Shown here piece after piece: positions 11,187 to 23,795 of a stretch of DNA of 64,000 bases. Position numbers and translations under genes: made by a program. The notes under the pieces were generated by a model. That model was not told where the DNA came from. It worked only from the letters and a program-made list of their open reading frames with translations, and searched no databases. This DNA is from the human T2T-CHM13v2.0 reference genome, Homo sapiens, in NCBI RefSeq assembly GCF_009914755.1, contig NC_060943.1; one strand, given 5' to 3'. The first letter of the stretch is position 1, and every line of letters begins with the position of its first letter.

Positions 11187-13675
11187 CCTTCTCGCTCTTT
11201 CCGTGGCCCTCTCTTTCTGTCTCTGTCCGTCTGTGTGTGCGTGCGCCTCGGGACACATGTGCCCTGTGCGCCGGAGGGTGGGTTTCTTGCACGTCGGCCT
11301 TTCTTCTGGTCAGCCTCTCCCCGCGTCTCTGCCTGGGTCGTGTGGCCGGTTGGCAGTCGTCGTCCCGGCGGTTCCAGTTTGGGGGTCTGTGAAGGCCTGG
11401 GCAACGTGGGCATCGGCGTCGGACCCGCAGGGGTTTTCATCCCCTCCCCATCCGGAGCAGCCTCTTTGCTAGGCTGGATCCAGACGAGCGCTCCCCAACC
11501 AAGGACAACGGCCTCCCAGGCGCTCATCGTCCACCCGCAGGAGGGTGCCCGCAGAGCTTCAAGAAGGTGGTTGTCACGCCTGTCGCCCTCTGCCCTCATC
11601 GAGAAATGTAGCCACAGCTCGACGCAGGGACGGAGAAGGAAGCCGGCAAGGGGATGGGGCAAGCATGTCTGTCTCTCAAAGGCTGGCCTTCCTGGCCGAG
11701 TCACCCGTTTGACACTCCTCCCCGGATGCCGGTGGTGGTGGCATGGCCCCCCCGTATCCTGCCTGGGCTCTGGCCTCTGCTCTGACCTCCCTCTTGCTGT
11801 GTCTGCCCCGCCTCTGAGAAGCCTGGCGGCTTCTTAGTGTGGCTCAGTGTCTTCCACAAAGAAGACTTCCCCGTCCATCAGGGAGAAACCTCGTGGCGGT
11901 CCGCGTCATGATTGTTTCCCTCTCCACACCTCTTTCTGGATGATTGGGCAGCTGTGGTGATCCTGGAGCTCTGGGCTTCCATACCTGTGTGGGACAGGGA
12001 AGCTCTCTGGGTCTCCATGGCCCAAGTGATGGCTGCACGCTCGGTCCAGGAAGAGGCGGAGGCAAGCCCACCGCTCCTGACATTGGCCTTCTAGGAAAGG
12101 CGGTGTTGCATCCCACCTGCACTTCCTCTCTGATTCTTGAGGGCCAACCGCTTCCTCCGCTCCTGGGGAAAGTGCCTTCTAGCACCGAATCTTTTGGCTG
12201 CCACGGATGTCAGGGAGCCAACGGGACTGGGTTTTGGCTGGGTGCAGGGGAGGTTGCGTCAGGGGTACCTAGCCGGCGGCGGGCTGGGGGTGGGGTGTAC
12301 TTTGTCCAAACCTCTCGGCTCCTCTGGCGGGCCTCCCTGAACGTGGCGTGGACTCGCGCACAGGCCCTGTCTCGCAGGTTTTCAGGTGCGCTTGGCTTTT
12401 CCTCCGCTTTGTGGGGCAGGTCTCCAGTGGCCCCCCGGGCGCACGCCTGGACATCACTGTCCGTCTCGTCGTCGCCCCCTACGGCCTCAAAGACACACGC
12501 TGCCTGCATGTGCTCTTGGGGGACGACAGTGCCACATGTGGACACACTGGCTCCAGCTCGGACTCGCCTCTGTCTCTCTTTGCCCGTGTCGCCGGAAGCC
12601 GCCTCGGGTTGCCGGAGCCCTCGGGCCTTGGAGATGAAGGCAGGCCCCTGCTCCTGCCAGGAAGGAGGGAGGCAGTGGGCTCATGGGTCGGTGCCTTTGC
12701 AGCCGACAGCACGCCTTGCGGCCCTGGGGATCTTCCTGTGCCCCGGCGAGACCCTTTCCGCCTCACTGCATTGGAACCCCATTCCCGATCACCCGCTGGG
12801 ATCCATCATCGGACCCCAAGAGGAGTCCGCGCAGCCCAGCCGGCACCCCGAAGCTCCTCCTTCAGTGGGAACCGAAGCAGAAGAGCGATCAAGGAGGTCC
12901 TCACCACAGGACTCATGGGTCCGACCCTGGGTCTCCCGCAGGCCCCTCTGGCAGTCCTCTTCCCACCCGCCGCCTCGGGCTGCGCCTTCGCCGCCGCCGC
13001 CGCAACCTCCAGCACCGCCGCCCCAGGCCCCGCAGCCGCCGCGTCGCCGCCATTTTTTAAAGGGTCCGCAGCCTGACTCTGCGGAGTAAGGGGGGGTGGA
13101 GCGGGGGAGTCGGCCTCGCCAGCGCGCATGCGCGAGGCCCGAGCCGCCGCTTGGGTCACAGTGAAAGCCACCGTTGCCCGGGGATGGGTCCCTGACACTT
13201 GGGGAAGTAGGAGCCCTGTGTGATCGTGCGTCTGAGTCTGGGCTGAGACCAGTCCTGGCCAGGGCAGTTACCAGGACGGTCTCCGGAGGCCGGGATTCGC
13301 GGAGGGTCCAGCAGCAGGAAGAAACCCCAGGAGGAAGAAACCTCAGACAGATCGCCGGCGAGGCAGCGCGGGATCCCAGCCTCAGGCGTGCGCGGACGGT
13401 GTGCGGGTGAGTCTCCCCAAAAGTGGAGCCCTTGTGATGACGAGCACAGGTCCGCCTGCGTGCCCGTGGGCTGCTCTCTCACCGGTGGCTCTCAGTCGCG
13501 GAGAGCAGAACCCGGCAGCTTCAGGGGCTGCCTGCGGGAGGGTGTTCCCTGCTGTACGTGTGTGTTCGTCATGGGTGTGTGTGTGTGTGTGTTGGGGGGG
13601 GTGCGTCTGTGTGTGTGTCTGTGTGTGTGCGCGCGCAGTGCCTGTCTGTGTGCCGACTTCTGTCTCTCTCTCACG

Positions 13676-13707
<32 letters not shown>

Positions 13708-16193
13708 CCTTCTCGCTCTTTCCGTGGCCCTCTCTTTCTGTCTCTGTCCGTCTGTGTGCGTGCGCCTCGGGACACATGTGCCCTGTGCGCCGGAGGGTGG
13801 GTTTCTTGCACGTCGGCCTTTCTTCTGGTCAGCCTCTCCCCGCGTCTCTGCCTGGGTCGTGTGGCCGGTTGGCAGTCGTCGTCCCGGCGGTTCCAGTTTG
13901 GGGGTCTGTGAAGGCCTGGGCAACGTGGGCATCGGCGTCGGACCCGCAGGGGTTTTCATCCCCTCCCCATCCGGAGCAGCCTCTTTGCTAGGCTGGATCC
14001 AGACGAGCGCTCCCCAACCAAGGACAACGGCCTCCCAGGCGCTCATCGTCCACCCGCAGGAGGGTGCCCGCAGAGCTTCAAGAAGGTGGTTGTCACGCCT
14101 GTCGCCCTCTGCCCTCATCGAGAAATGTAGCCACAGCTCGACGCAGGGACGGAGAAGGAAGCCGGCAAGGGGATGGGGCAAGCATGTCTGTCTCTCAAAG
14201 GCTGGCCTTCCTGGCCGAGTCACCCGTTTGACACTCCTCCCCGGATGCCGGTGGTGGTGGCATGGCCCCCCCGTATCCTGCCTGGGCTCTGGCCTCTGCT
14301 CTGACCTCCCTCTTGCTGTGTCTGCCCCGTCTCTGAGAAGCCTGGCGGCTTCTTAGTGTGGCTCAGTGTCTTCCACAAAGAAGACTTCCCCGTCCATCAG
14401 GGAGAAACCTCGTGGCGGTCCGCGTCATGATTGTTTCCCTCTCCACACCTCTTTCTGGATGATTGGGCAGCTGTGGTGATCCTGGAGCTCTGGGCTTCCA
14501 TACCTGTGTGGGACAGGGAAGCTCTCTCGGTCTCCATGGCCCAAGTGATGGCTGCACGCTCGGTCCAGGAAGAGGCGGAGGCAAGCCCACCGCTCCTGAC
14601 ATTGGCCTTCTAGGAAAGGCGGTGTTGCATCCCACCTGCACTTCCTCTCTGATTCTTGAGGGCCAACCGCTTCCTCCGCTCCTGGGGAAAGTGCCTTCTA
14701 GCACCGAATCTTTTGGCTGCCACGGATGTCAGGGAGCCAACGGGACTGGGTTTTGGCTGGGTGCAGGGGAGGTTGCGTCAGGGGTACCTAGCCGGCGGCG
14801 GGCTGGGGGTGGGGTGTACTTTGTCCAAACCTCTCGGCTCCTCTGGCGGGCCTCCCTGAACGTGGCGTGGACTCGCGCACAGGCCCTGTCTCGCAGGTTT
14901 TCAGGTGCGCTTGGCTTTTCCTCCGCTTTGTGGGGCAGGTCTCCAGTGGCCCCCCGGGCGCACGCCTGGACATCACTGTCCGTCTCGTCGTCGCCCCCTA
15001 CGGCCTCAAAGACACACGCTGCCTGCATGTGCTCTTGGGGGACGACGGTGCCACATGTGTACACACTCGCTCCAGCTCGGACTCGCCTCTGTCTCTCTTT
15101 GCCCGTGTCGCCGGAAGCCGCCTCGGGTTGCCGGAGCCCTCGGGCCTTGGAGATGAAGGCAGGCCCCTGCTCCTGCCAGGAAGGAGGGAGGCAGTGGGCT
15201 CATGGGTCGGTGCCTTTGCAGCCGACAGCACGCCTTGCGGCCCTGGGGATCTTCCTGTGCCCCGGCGAGACCCTTTCCGCCTCACTGCATTGGAACCCCA
15301 TTCCCGATCACCCGCTGGGATCCATCATCGGACCCCAAGAGGAGTCCGCGCAGCCCAGCCGGCACCCCGAAGCTCCTCCTTCAGTGGGAACCGAAGCAGA
15401 AGAGCGATCAAGGAGGTCCTCACCACAGGACTCATGGGTCCGACCATGGGTCTCCCGCAGGCCCCTCTGGCAGTCCTCTCCCCACCCGCCGCCTCGGGCT
15501 GCGCCTTCGCCGCCGCCGCCGCAACCTCCAGCACCGCCGCCCCAGGCCCCGCAGCCGCCGCGTCGCCGCCATTTTTTAAAGGGTCCGCAGCCTGACTCTG
15601 CGGAGTAAGGGGGGGTGGAGCGGGGGAGTCGGCCTCGCCAGCGCGCATGCGCGAGGCCCGAGCCGCCGCTTGGGTCACAGTGAAAGCCACCGTTGCCCGG
15701 GGATGGGTCCCTGACACTTGGGGAAGTAGGAGCCCTGTGTGATCGTGCGTCTGAGTCTGGGCTGAGACCAGTCCTGGCCAGGGCAGTTACCAGGACGGTC
15801 TCCGGAGGCCGGGATTCGCGGAGGGTCCAGCAGCAGGAAGAAACCCCAGGAGGAAGAAACCTCAGACAGATCGCCGGCGAGGCAGCGCGGGATCCCAGCC
15901 TCAGGCGTGCGCGGACGGTGTGCGGGTGAGTCTCCCCAAAAGTGGAGCCCTTGTGATGACGAGCACAGGTCCGCCTGCGTGCCCGTGGGCTGCTCTCTCA
16001 CCGGTGGCTCTCAGTCGCGGAGAGCAGAACCCGGCAGCTTCAGGGGCTGCCTGCGGGAGGGTGTTCCCTGCTGTACGTGTGTGTTCGTCATGGGTGTGTG
16101 TGTGTGTGTGTTGGGGGGGGTGCGTCTGTGTGTGTGTCTGTGTGTGTGCGCGCGCAGTGCCTGTCTGTGTGCCGACTTCTGTCTCTCTCTCAC

Positions 16194-16230
<37 letters not shown>

Positions 16231-18719
16231 CCTTCTCGCTCTTTCCGTGGCCCTCTCTTTCTGTCTCTGTCCGTCTGTGTGTGCGTGCGCCTCGGGACAC
16301 ATGTGCCCTGTGCGCCGGAGGGTGGGTTTCTTGCACGTCGGCCTTTCTTCTGGTCAGCCTCTCCCCGCGTCTCTGCCTGGGTCGTGTGGCCGGTTGGCAG
16401 TCGTCGTCCCGGCGGTTCCAGTTTGGGGGTCTGTGAAGGCCTGGGCAACGTGGGCATCGGCGTCGGACCCGCAGGGGTTTTCATCCCCTCCCCATCCGGA
16501 GCAGCCTCTTTGCTAGGCTGGATCCAGACGAGCGCTCCCCAACCAAGGACAACGGCCTCCCAGGCGCTCATCGTCCACCCGCAGGAGGGTGCCCGCAGAG
16601 CTTCAAGAAGGTGGTTGTCACGCCTGTCGCCCTCTGCCCTCATCGAGAAATGTAGCCACAGCTCGACGCAGGGACGGAGAAGGAAGCCGGCAAGGGGATG
16701 GGGCAAGCATGTCTGTCTCTCAAAGGCTGGCCTTCCTGGCCGAGTCACCCGTTTGACACTCCTCCCCGGATGCCGGTGGTGGTGGCATGGCCCCCCCGTA
16801 TCCTGCCTGGGCTCTGGCCTCTGCTCTGACCTCCCTCTTGCTGTGTCTGCCCCGCCTCTGAGAAGCCTGGCGGCTTCTTAGTGTGGCTCAGTGTCTTCCA
16901 CAAAGAAGACTTCCCCGTCCATCAGGGAGAAACCTCGTGGCGGTCCGCGTCATGATTGTTTCCCTCTCCACACCTCTTTCTGGATGATTGGGCAGCTGTG
17001 GTGATCCTGGAGCTCTGGGCTTCCATACCTGTGTGGGACAGGGAAGCTCTCTGGGTCTCCATGGCCCAAGTGATGGCTGCACGCTCGGTCCAGGAAGAGG
17101 CGGAGGCAAGCCCACCGCTCCTGACATTGGCCTTCTAGGAAAGGCGGTGTTGCATCCCACCTGCACTTCCTCTCTGATTCTTGAGGGCCAACCGCTTCCT
17201 CCGCTCCTGGGGAAAGTGCCTTCTAGCACCGAATCTTTTGGCTGCCACGGATGTCAGGGAGCCAACGGGACTGGGTTTTGGCTGGGTGCAGGGGAGGTTG
17301 CGTCAGGGGTACCTAGCCGGCGGCGGGCTGGGGGTGGGGTGTACTTTGTCCAAACCTCTCGGCTCCTCTGGCGGGCCTCCCTGAACGTGGCGTGGACTCG
17401 CGCACAGGCCCTGTCTCGCAGGTTTTCAGGTGCGCTTGGCTTTTCCTCCGCTTTGTGGGGCAGGTCTCCAGTGGCCCCCCGGGCGCACGCCTGGACATCA
17501 CTGTCCGTCTCGTCGTCGCCCCCTACGGCCTCAAAGACACACGCTGCCTGCATGTGCTCTTGGGGGACGACAGTGCCACATGTGGACACACTGGCTCCAG
17601 CTCGGACTCGCCTCTGTCTCTCTTTGCCCGTGTCGCCGGAAGCCGCCTCGGGTTGCCGGAGCCCTCGGGCCTTGGAGATGAAGGCAGGCCCCTGCTCCTG
17701 CCAGGAAGGAGGGAGGCAGTGGGCTCATGGGTCGGTGCCTTTGCAGCCGACAGCACGCCTTGCGGCCCTGGGGATCTTCCTGTGCCCCGGCGAGACCCTT
17801 TCCGCCTCACTGCATTGGAACCCCATTCCCGATCACCCGCTGGGATCCATCATCGGACCCCAAGAGGAGTCCGCGCAGCCCAGCCGGCACCCCGAAGCTC
17901 CTCCTTCAGTGGGAACCGAAGCAGAAGAGCGATCAAGGAGGTCCTCACCACAGGACTCATGGGTCCGACCATGGGTCTCCCGCAGGCCCCTCTGGCAGTC
18001 CTCTCCCCACCCGCCGCCTCGGGCTGCGCCTTCGCCGCCGCCGCCGCAACCTCCAGCACCGCCGCCCCAGGCCCCGCAGCCGCCGCGTCGCCGCCATTTT
18101 TTAAAGGGTCCGCAGCCTGACTCTGCGGAGTAAGGGGGGGTGGAGCGGGGGAGTCGGCCTCGCCAGCGCGCATGCGCGAGGCCCGAGCCGCCGCTTGGGT
18201 CACAGTGAAAGCCACCGTTGCCCGGGGATGGGTCCCTGACACTTGGGGAAGTAGGAGCCCTGTGTGATCGTGCGTCTGAGTCTGGGCTGAGACCAGTCCT
18301 GGCCAGGGCAGTTACCAGGACGGTCTCCGGAGGCCGGGATTCGCGGAGGGTCCAGCAGCAGGAAGAAACCCCAGGAGGAAGAAACCTCAGACAGATCGCC
18401 GGCGAGGCAGCGCGGGATCCCAGCCTCAGGCGTGCGCGGACGGTGTGCGGGTGAGTCTCCCCAAAAGTGGAGCCCTTGTGATGACGAGCACAGGTCCGCC
18501 TGCGTGCCCGTGGGCTGCTCTCTCACCGGTGGCTCTCAGTCGCGGAGAGCAGAACCCGGCAGCTTCAGGGGCTGCCTGCGGGAGGGTGTTCCCTGCTGTA
18601 CGTGTGTGTTCGTCATGGGTGTGTGTGTGTGTGTGTTGGGGGGGGTGCGTCTGTGTGTGTGTCTGTGTGTGTGCGCGCGCAGTGCCTGTCTGTGTGCCGA
18701 CTTCTGTCTCTCTCTCACG

Positions 18720-18751
<32 letters not shown>

Positions 18752-21237
18752 CCTTCTCGCTCTTTCCGTGGCCCTCTCTTTCTGTCTCTGTCCGTCTGTG
18801 TGCGTGCGCCTCGGGACACATGTGCCCTGTGCGCCGGAGGGTGGGTTTCTTGCACGTCGGCCTTTCTTCTGGTCAGCCTCTCCCCGCGTCTCTGCCTGGG
18901 TCGTGTGGCCGGTTGGCAGTCGTCGTCCCGGCGGTTCCAGTTTGGGGGTCTGTGAAGGCCTGGGCAACGTGGGCATCGGCGTCGGACCCGCAGGGGTTTT
19001 CATCCCCTCCCCATCCGGAGCAGCCTCTTTGCTAGGCTGGATCCAGACGAGCGCTCCCCAACCAAGGACAACGGCCTCCCAGGCGCTCATCGTCCACCCG
19101 CAGGAGGGTGCCCGCAGAGCTTCAAGAAGGTGGTTGTCACGCCTGTCGCCCTCTGCCCTCATCGAGAAATGTAGCCACAGCTCGACGCAGGGACGGAGAA
19201 GGAAGCCGGCAAGGGGATGGGGCAAGCATGTCTGTCTCTCAAAGGCTGGCCTTCCTGGCCGAGTCACCCGTTTGACACTCCTCCCCGGATGCCGGTGGTG
19301 GTGGCATGGCCCCCCCGTATCCTGCCTGGGCTCTGGCCTCTGCTCTGACCTCCCTCTTGCTGTGTCTGCCCCGTCTCTGAGAAGCCTGGCGGCTTCTTAG
19401 TGTGGCTCAGTGTCTTCCACAAAGAAGACTTCCCCGTCCATCAGGGAGAAACCTCGTGGCGGTCCGCGTCATGATTGTTTCCCTCTCCACACCTCTTTCT
19501 GGATGATTGGGCAGCTGTGGTGATCCTGGAGCTCTGGGCTTCCATACCTGTGTGGGACAGGGAAGCTCTCTCGGTCTCCATGGCCCAAGTGATGGCTGCA
19601 CGCTCGGTCCAGGAAGAGGCGGAGGCAAGCCCACCGCTCCTGACATTGGCCTTCTAGGAAAGGCGGTGTTGCATCCCACCTGCACTTCCTCTCTGATTCT
19701 TGAGGGCCAACCGCTTCCTCCGCTCCTGGGGAAAGTGCCTTCTAGCACCGAATCTTTTGGCTGCCACGGATGTCAGGGAGCCAACGGGACTGGGTTTTGG
19801 CTGGGTGCAGGGGAGGTTGCGTCAGGGGTACCTAGCCGGCGGCGGGCTGGGGGTGGGGTGTACTTTGTCCAAACCTCTCGGCTCCTCTGGCGGGCCTCCC
19901 TGAACGTGGCGTGGACTCGCGCACAGGCCCTGTCTCGCAGGTTTTCAGGTGCGCTTGGCTTTTCCTCCGCTTTGTGGGGCAGGTCTCCAGTGGCCCCCCG
20001 GGCGCACGCCTGGACATCACTGTCCGTCTCGTCGTCGCCCCCTACGGCCTCAAAGACACACGCTGCCTGCATGTGCTCTTGGGGGACGACGGTGCCACAT
20101 GTGTACACACTCGCTCCAGCTCGGACTCGCCTCTGTCTCTCTTTGCCCGTGTCGCCGGAAGCCGCCTCGGGTTGCCGGAGCCCTCGGGCCTTGGAGATGA
20201 AGGCAGGCCCCTGCTCCTGCCAGGAAGGAGGGAGGCAGTGGGCTCATGGGTCGGTGCCTTTGCAGCCGACAGCACGCCTTGCGGCCCTGGGGATCTTCCT
20301 GTGCCCCGGCGAGACCCTTTCCGCCTCACTGCATTGGAACCCCATTCCCGATCACCCGCTGGGATCCATCATCGGACCCCAAGAGGAGTCCGCGCAGCCC
20401 AGCCGGCACCCCGAAGCTCCTCCTTCAGTGGGAACCGAAGCAGAAGAGCGATCAAGGAGGTCCTCACCACAGGACTCATGGGTCCGACCATGGGTCTCCC
20501 GCAGGCCCCTCTGGCAGTCCTCTCCCCACCCGCCGCCTCGGGCTGCGCCTTCGCCGCCGCCGCCGCAACCTCCAGCACCGCCGCCCCAGGCCCCGCAGCC
20601 GCCGCGTCGCCGCCATTTTTTAAAGGGTCCGCAGCCTGACTCTGCGGAGTAAGGGGGGGTGGAGCGGGGGAGTCGGCCTCGCCAGCGCGCATGCGCGAGG
20701 CCCGAGCCGCCGCTTGGGTCACAGTGAAAGCCACCGTTGCCCGGGGATGGGTCCCTGACACTTGGGGAAGTAGGAGCCCTGTGTGATCGTGCGTCTGAGT
20801 CTGGGCTGAGACCAGTCCTGGCCAGGGCAGTTACCAGGACGGTCTCCGGAGGCCGGGATTCGCGGAGGGTCCAGCAGCAGGAAGAAACCCCAGGAGGAAG
20901 AAACCTCAGACAGATCGCCGGCGAGGCAGCGCGGGATCCCAGCCTCAGGCGTGCGCGGACGGTGTGCGGGTGAGTCTCCCCAAAAGTGGAGCCCTTGTGA
21001 TGACGAGCACAGGTCCGCCTGCGTGCCCGTGGGCTGCTCTCTCACCGGTGGCTCTCAGTCGCGGAGAGCAGAACCCGGCAGCTTCAGGGGCTGCCTGCGG
21101 GAGGGTGTTCCCTGCTGTACGTGTGTGTTCGTCATGGGTGTGTGTGTGTGTGTGTTGGGGGGGGTGCGTCTGTGTGTGTGTCTGTGTGTGTGCGCGCGCA
21201 GTGCCTGTCTGTGTGCCGACTTCTGTCTCTCTCTCAC

Positions 21238-21274
<37 letters not shown>

Positions 21275-23763
21275 CCTTCTCGCTCTTTCCGTGGCCCTCT
21301 CTTTCTGTCTCTGTCCGTCTGTGTGTGCGTGCGCCTCGGGACACATGTGCCCTGTGCGCCGGAGGGTGGGTTTCTTGCACGTCGGCCTTTCTTCTGGTCA
21401 GCCTCTCCCCGCGTCTCTGCCTGGGTCGTGTGGCCGGTTGGCAGTCGTCGTCCCGGCGGTTCCAGTTTGGGGGTCTGTGAAGGCCTGGGCAACGTGGGCA
21501 TCGGCGTCGGACCCGCAGGGGTTTTCATCCCCTCCCCATCCGGAGCAGCCTCTTTGCTAGGCTGGATCCAGACGAGCGCTCCCCAACCAAGGACAACGGC
21601 CTCCCAGGCGCTCATCGTCCACCCGCAGGAGGGTGCCCGCAGAGCTTCAAGAAGGTGGTTGTCACGCCTGTCGCCCTCTGCCCTCATCGAGAAATGTAGC
21701 CACAGCTCGACGCAGGGACGGAGAAGGAAGCCGGCAAGGGGATGGGGCAAGCATGTCTGTCTCTCAAAGGCTGGCCTTCCTGGCCGAGTCACCCGTTTGA
21801 CACTCCTCCCCGGATGCCGGTGGTGGTGGCATGGCCCCCCCGTATCCTGCCTGGGCTCTGGCCTCTGCTCTGACCTCCCTCTTGCTGTGTCTGCCCCGCC
21901 TCTGAGAAGCCTGGCGGCTTCTTAGTGTGGCTCAGTGTCTTCCACAAAGAAGACTTCCCCGTCCATCAGGGAGAAACCTCGTGGCGGTCCGCGTCATGAT
22001 TGTTTCCCTCTCCACACCTCTTTCTGGATGATTGGGCAGCTGTGGTGATCCTGGAGCTCTGGGCTTCCATACCTGTGTGGGACAGGGAAGCTCTCTGGGT
22101 CTCCATGGCCCAAGTGATGGCTGCACGCTCGGTCCAGGAAGAGGCGGAGGCAAGCCCACCGCTCCTGACATTGGCCTTCTAGGAAAGGCGGTGTTGCATC
22201 CCACCTGCACTTCCTCTCTGATTCTTGAGGGCCAACCGCTTCCTCCGCTCCTGGGGAAAGTGCCTTCTAGCACCGAATCTTTTGGCTGCCACGGATGTCA
22301 GGGAGCCAACGGGACTGGGTTTTGGCTGGGTGCAGGGGAGGTTGCGTCAGGGGTACCTAGCCGGCGGCGGGCTGGGGGTGGGGTGTACTTTGTCCAAACC
22401 TCTCGGCTCCTCTGGCGGGCCTCCCTGAACGTGGCGTGGACTCGCGCACAGGCCCTGTCTCGCAGGTTTTCAGGTGCGCTTGGCTTTTCCTCCGCTTTGT
22501 GGGGCAGGTCTCCAGTGGCCCCCCGGGCGCACGCCTGGACATCACTGTCCGTCTCGTCGTCGCCCCCTACGGCCTCAAAGACACACGCTGCCTGCATGTG
22601 CTCTTGGGGGACGACAGTGCCACATGTGGACACACTGGCTCCAGCTCGGACTCGCCTCTGTCTCTCTTTGCCCGTGTCGCCGGAAGCCGCCTCGGGTTGC
22701 CGGAGCCCTCGGGCCTTGGAGATGAAGGCAGGCCCCTGCTCCTGCCAGGAAGGAGGGAGGCAGTGGGCTCATGGGTCGGTGCCTTTGCAGCCGACAGCAC
22801 GCCTTGCGGCCCTGGGGATCTTCCTGTGCCCCGGCGAGACCCTTTCCGCCTCACTGCATTGGAACCCCATTCCCGATCACCCGCTGGGATCCATCATCGG
22901 ACCCCAAGAGGAGTCCGCGCAGCCCAGCCGGCACCCCGAAGCTCCTCCTTCAGTGGGAACCGAAGCAGAAGAGCGATCAAGGAGGTCCTCACCACAGGAC
23001 TCATGGGTCCGACCATGGGTCTCCCGCAGGCCCCTCTGGCAGTCCTCTCCCCACCCGCCGCCTCGGGCTGCGCCTTCGCCGCCGCCGCCGCAACCTCCAG
23101 CACCGCCGCCCCAGGCCCCGCAGCCGCCGCGTCGCCGCCATTTTTTAAAGGGTCCGCAGCCTGACTCTGCGGAGTAAGGGGGGGTGGAGCGGGGGAGTCG
23201 GCCTCGCCAGCGCGCATGCGCGAGGCCCGAGCCGCCGCTTGGGTCACAGTGAAAGCCACCGTTGCCCGGGGATGGGTCCCTGACACTTGGGGAAGTAGGA
23301 GCCCTGTGTGATCGTGCGTCTGAGTCTGGGCTGAGACCAGTCCTGGCCAGGGCAGTTACCAGGACGGTCTCCGGAGGCCGGGATTCGCGGAGGGTCCAGC
23401 AGCAGGAAGAAACCCCAGGAGGAAGAAACCTCAGACAGATCGCCGGCGAGGCAGCGCGGGATCCCAGCCTCAGGCGTGCGCGGACGGTGTGCGGGTGAGT
23501 CTCCCCAAAAGTGGAGCCCTTGTGATGACGAGCACAGGTCCGCCTGCGTGCCCGTGGGCTGCTCTCTCACCGGTGGCTCTCAGTCGCGGAGAGCAGAACC
23601 CGGCAGCTTCAGGGGCTGCCTGCGGGAGGGTGTTCCCTGCTGTACGTGTGTGTTCGTCATGGGTGTGTGTGTGTGTGTGTTGGGGGGGGTGCGTCTGTGT
23701 GTGTGTCTGTGTGTGTGCGCGCGCAGTGCCTGTCTGTGTGCCGACTTCTGTCTCTCTCTCACG

Positions 23764-23795
<32 letters not shown>

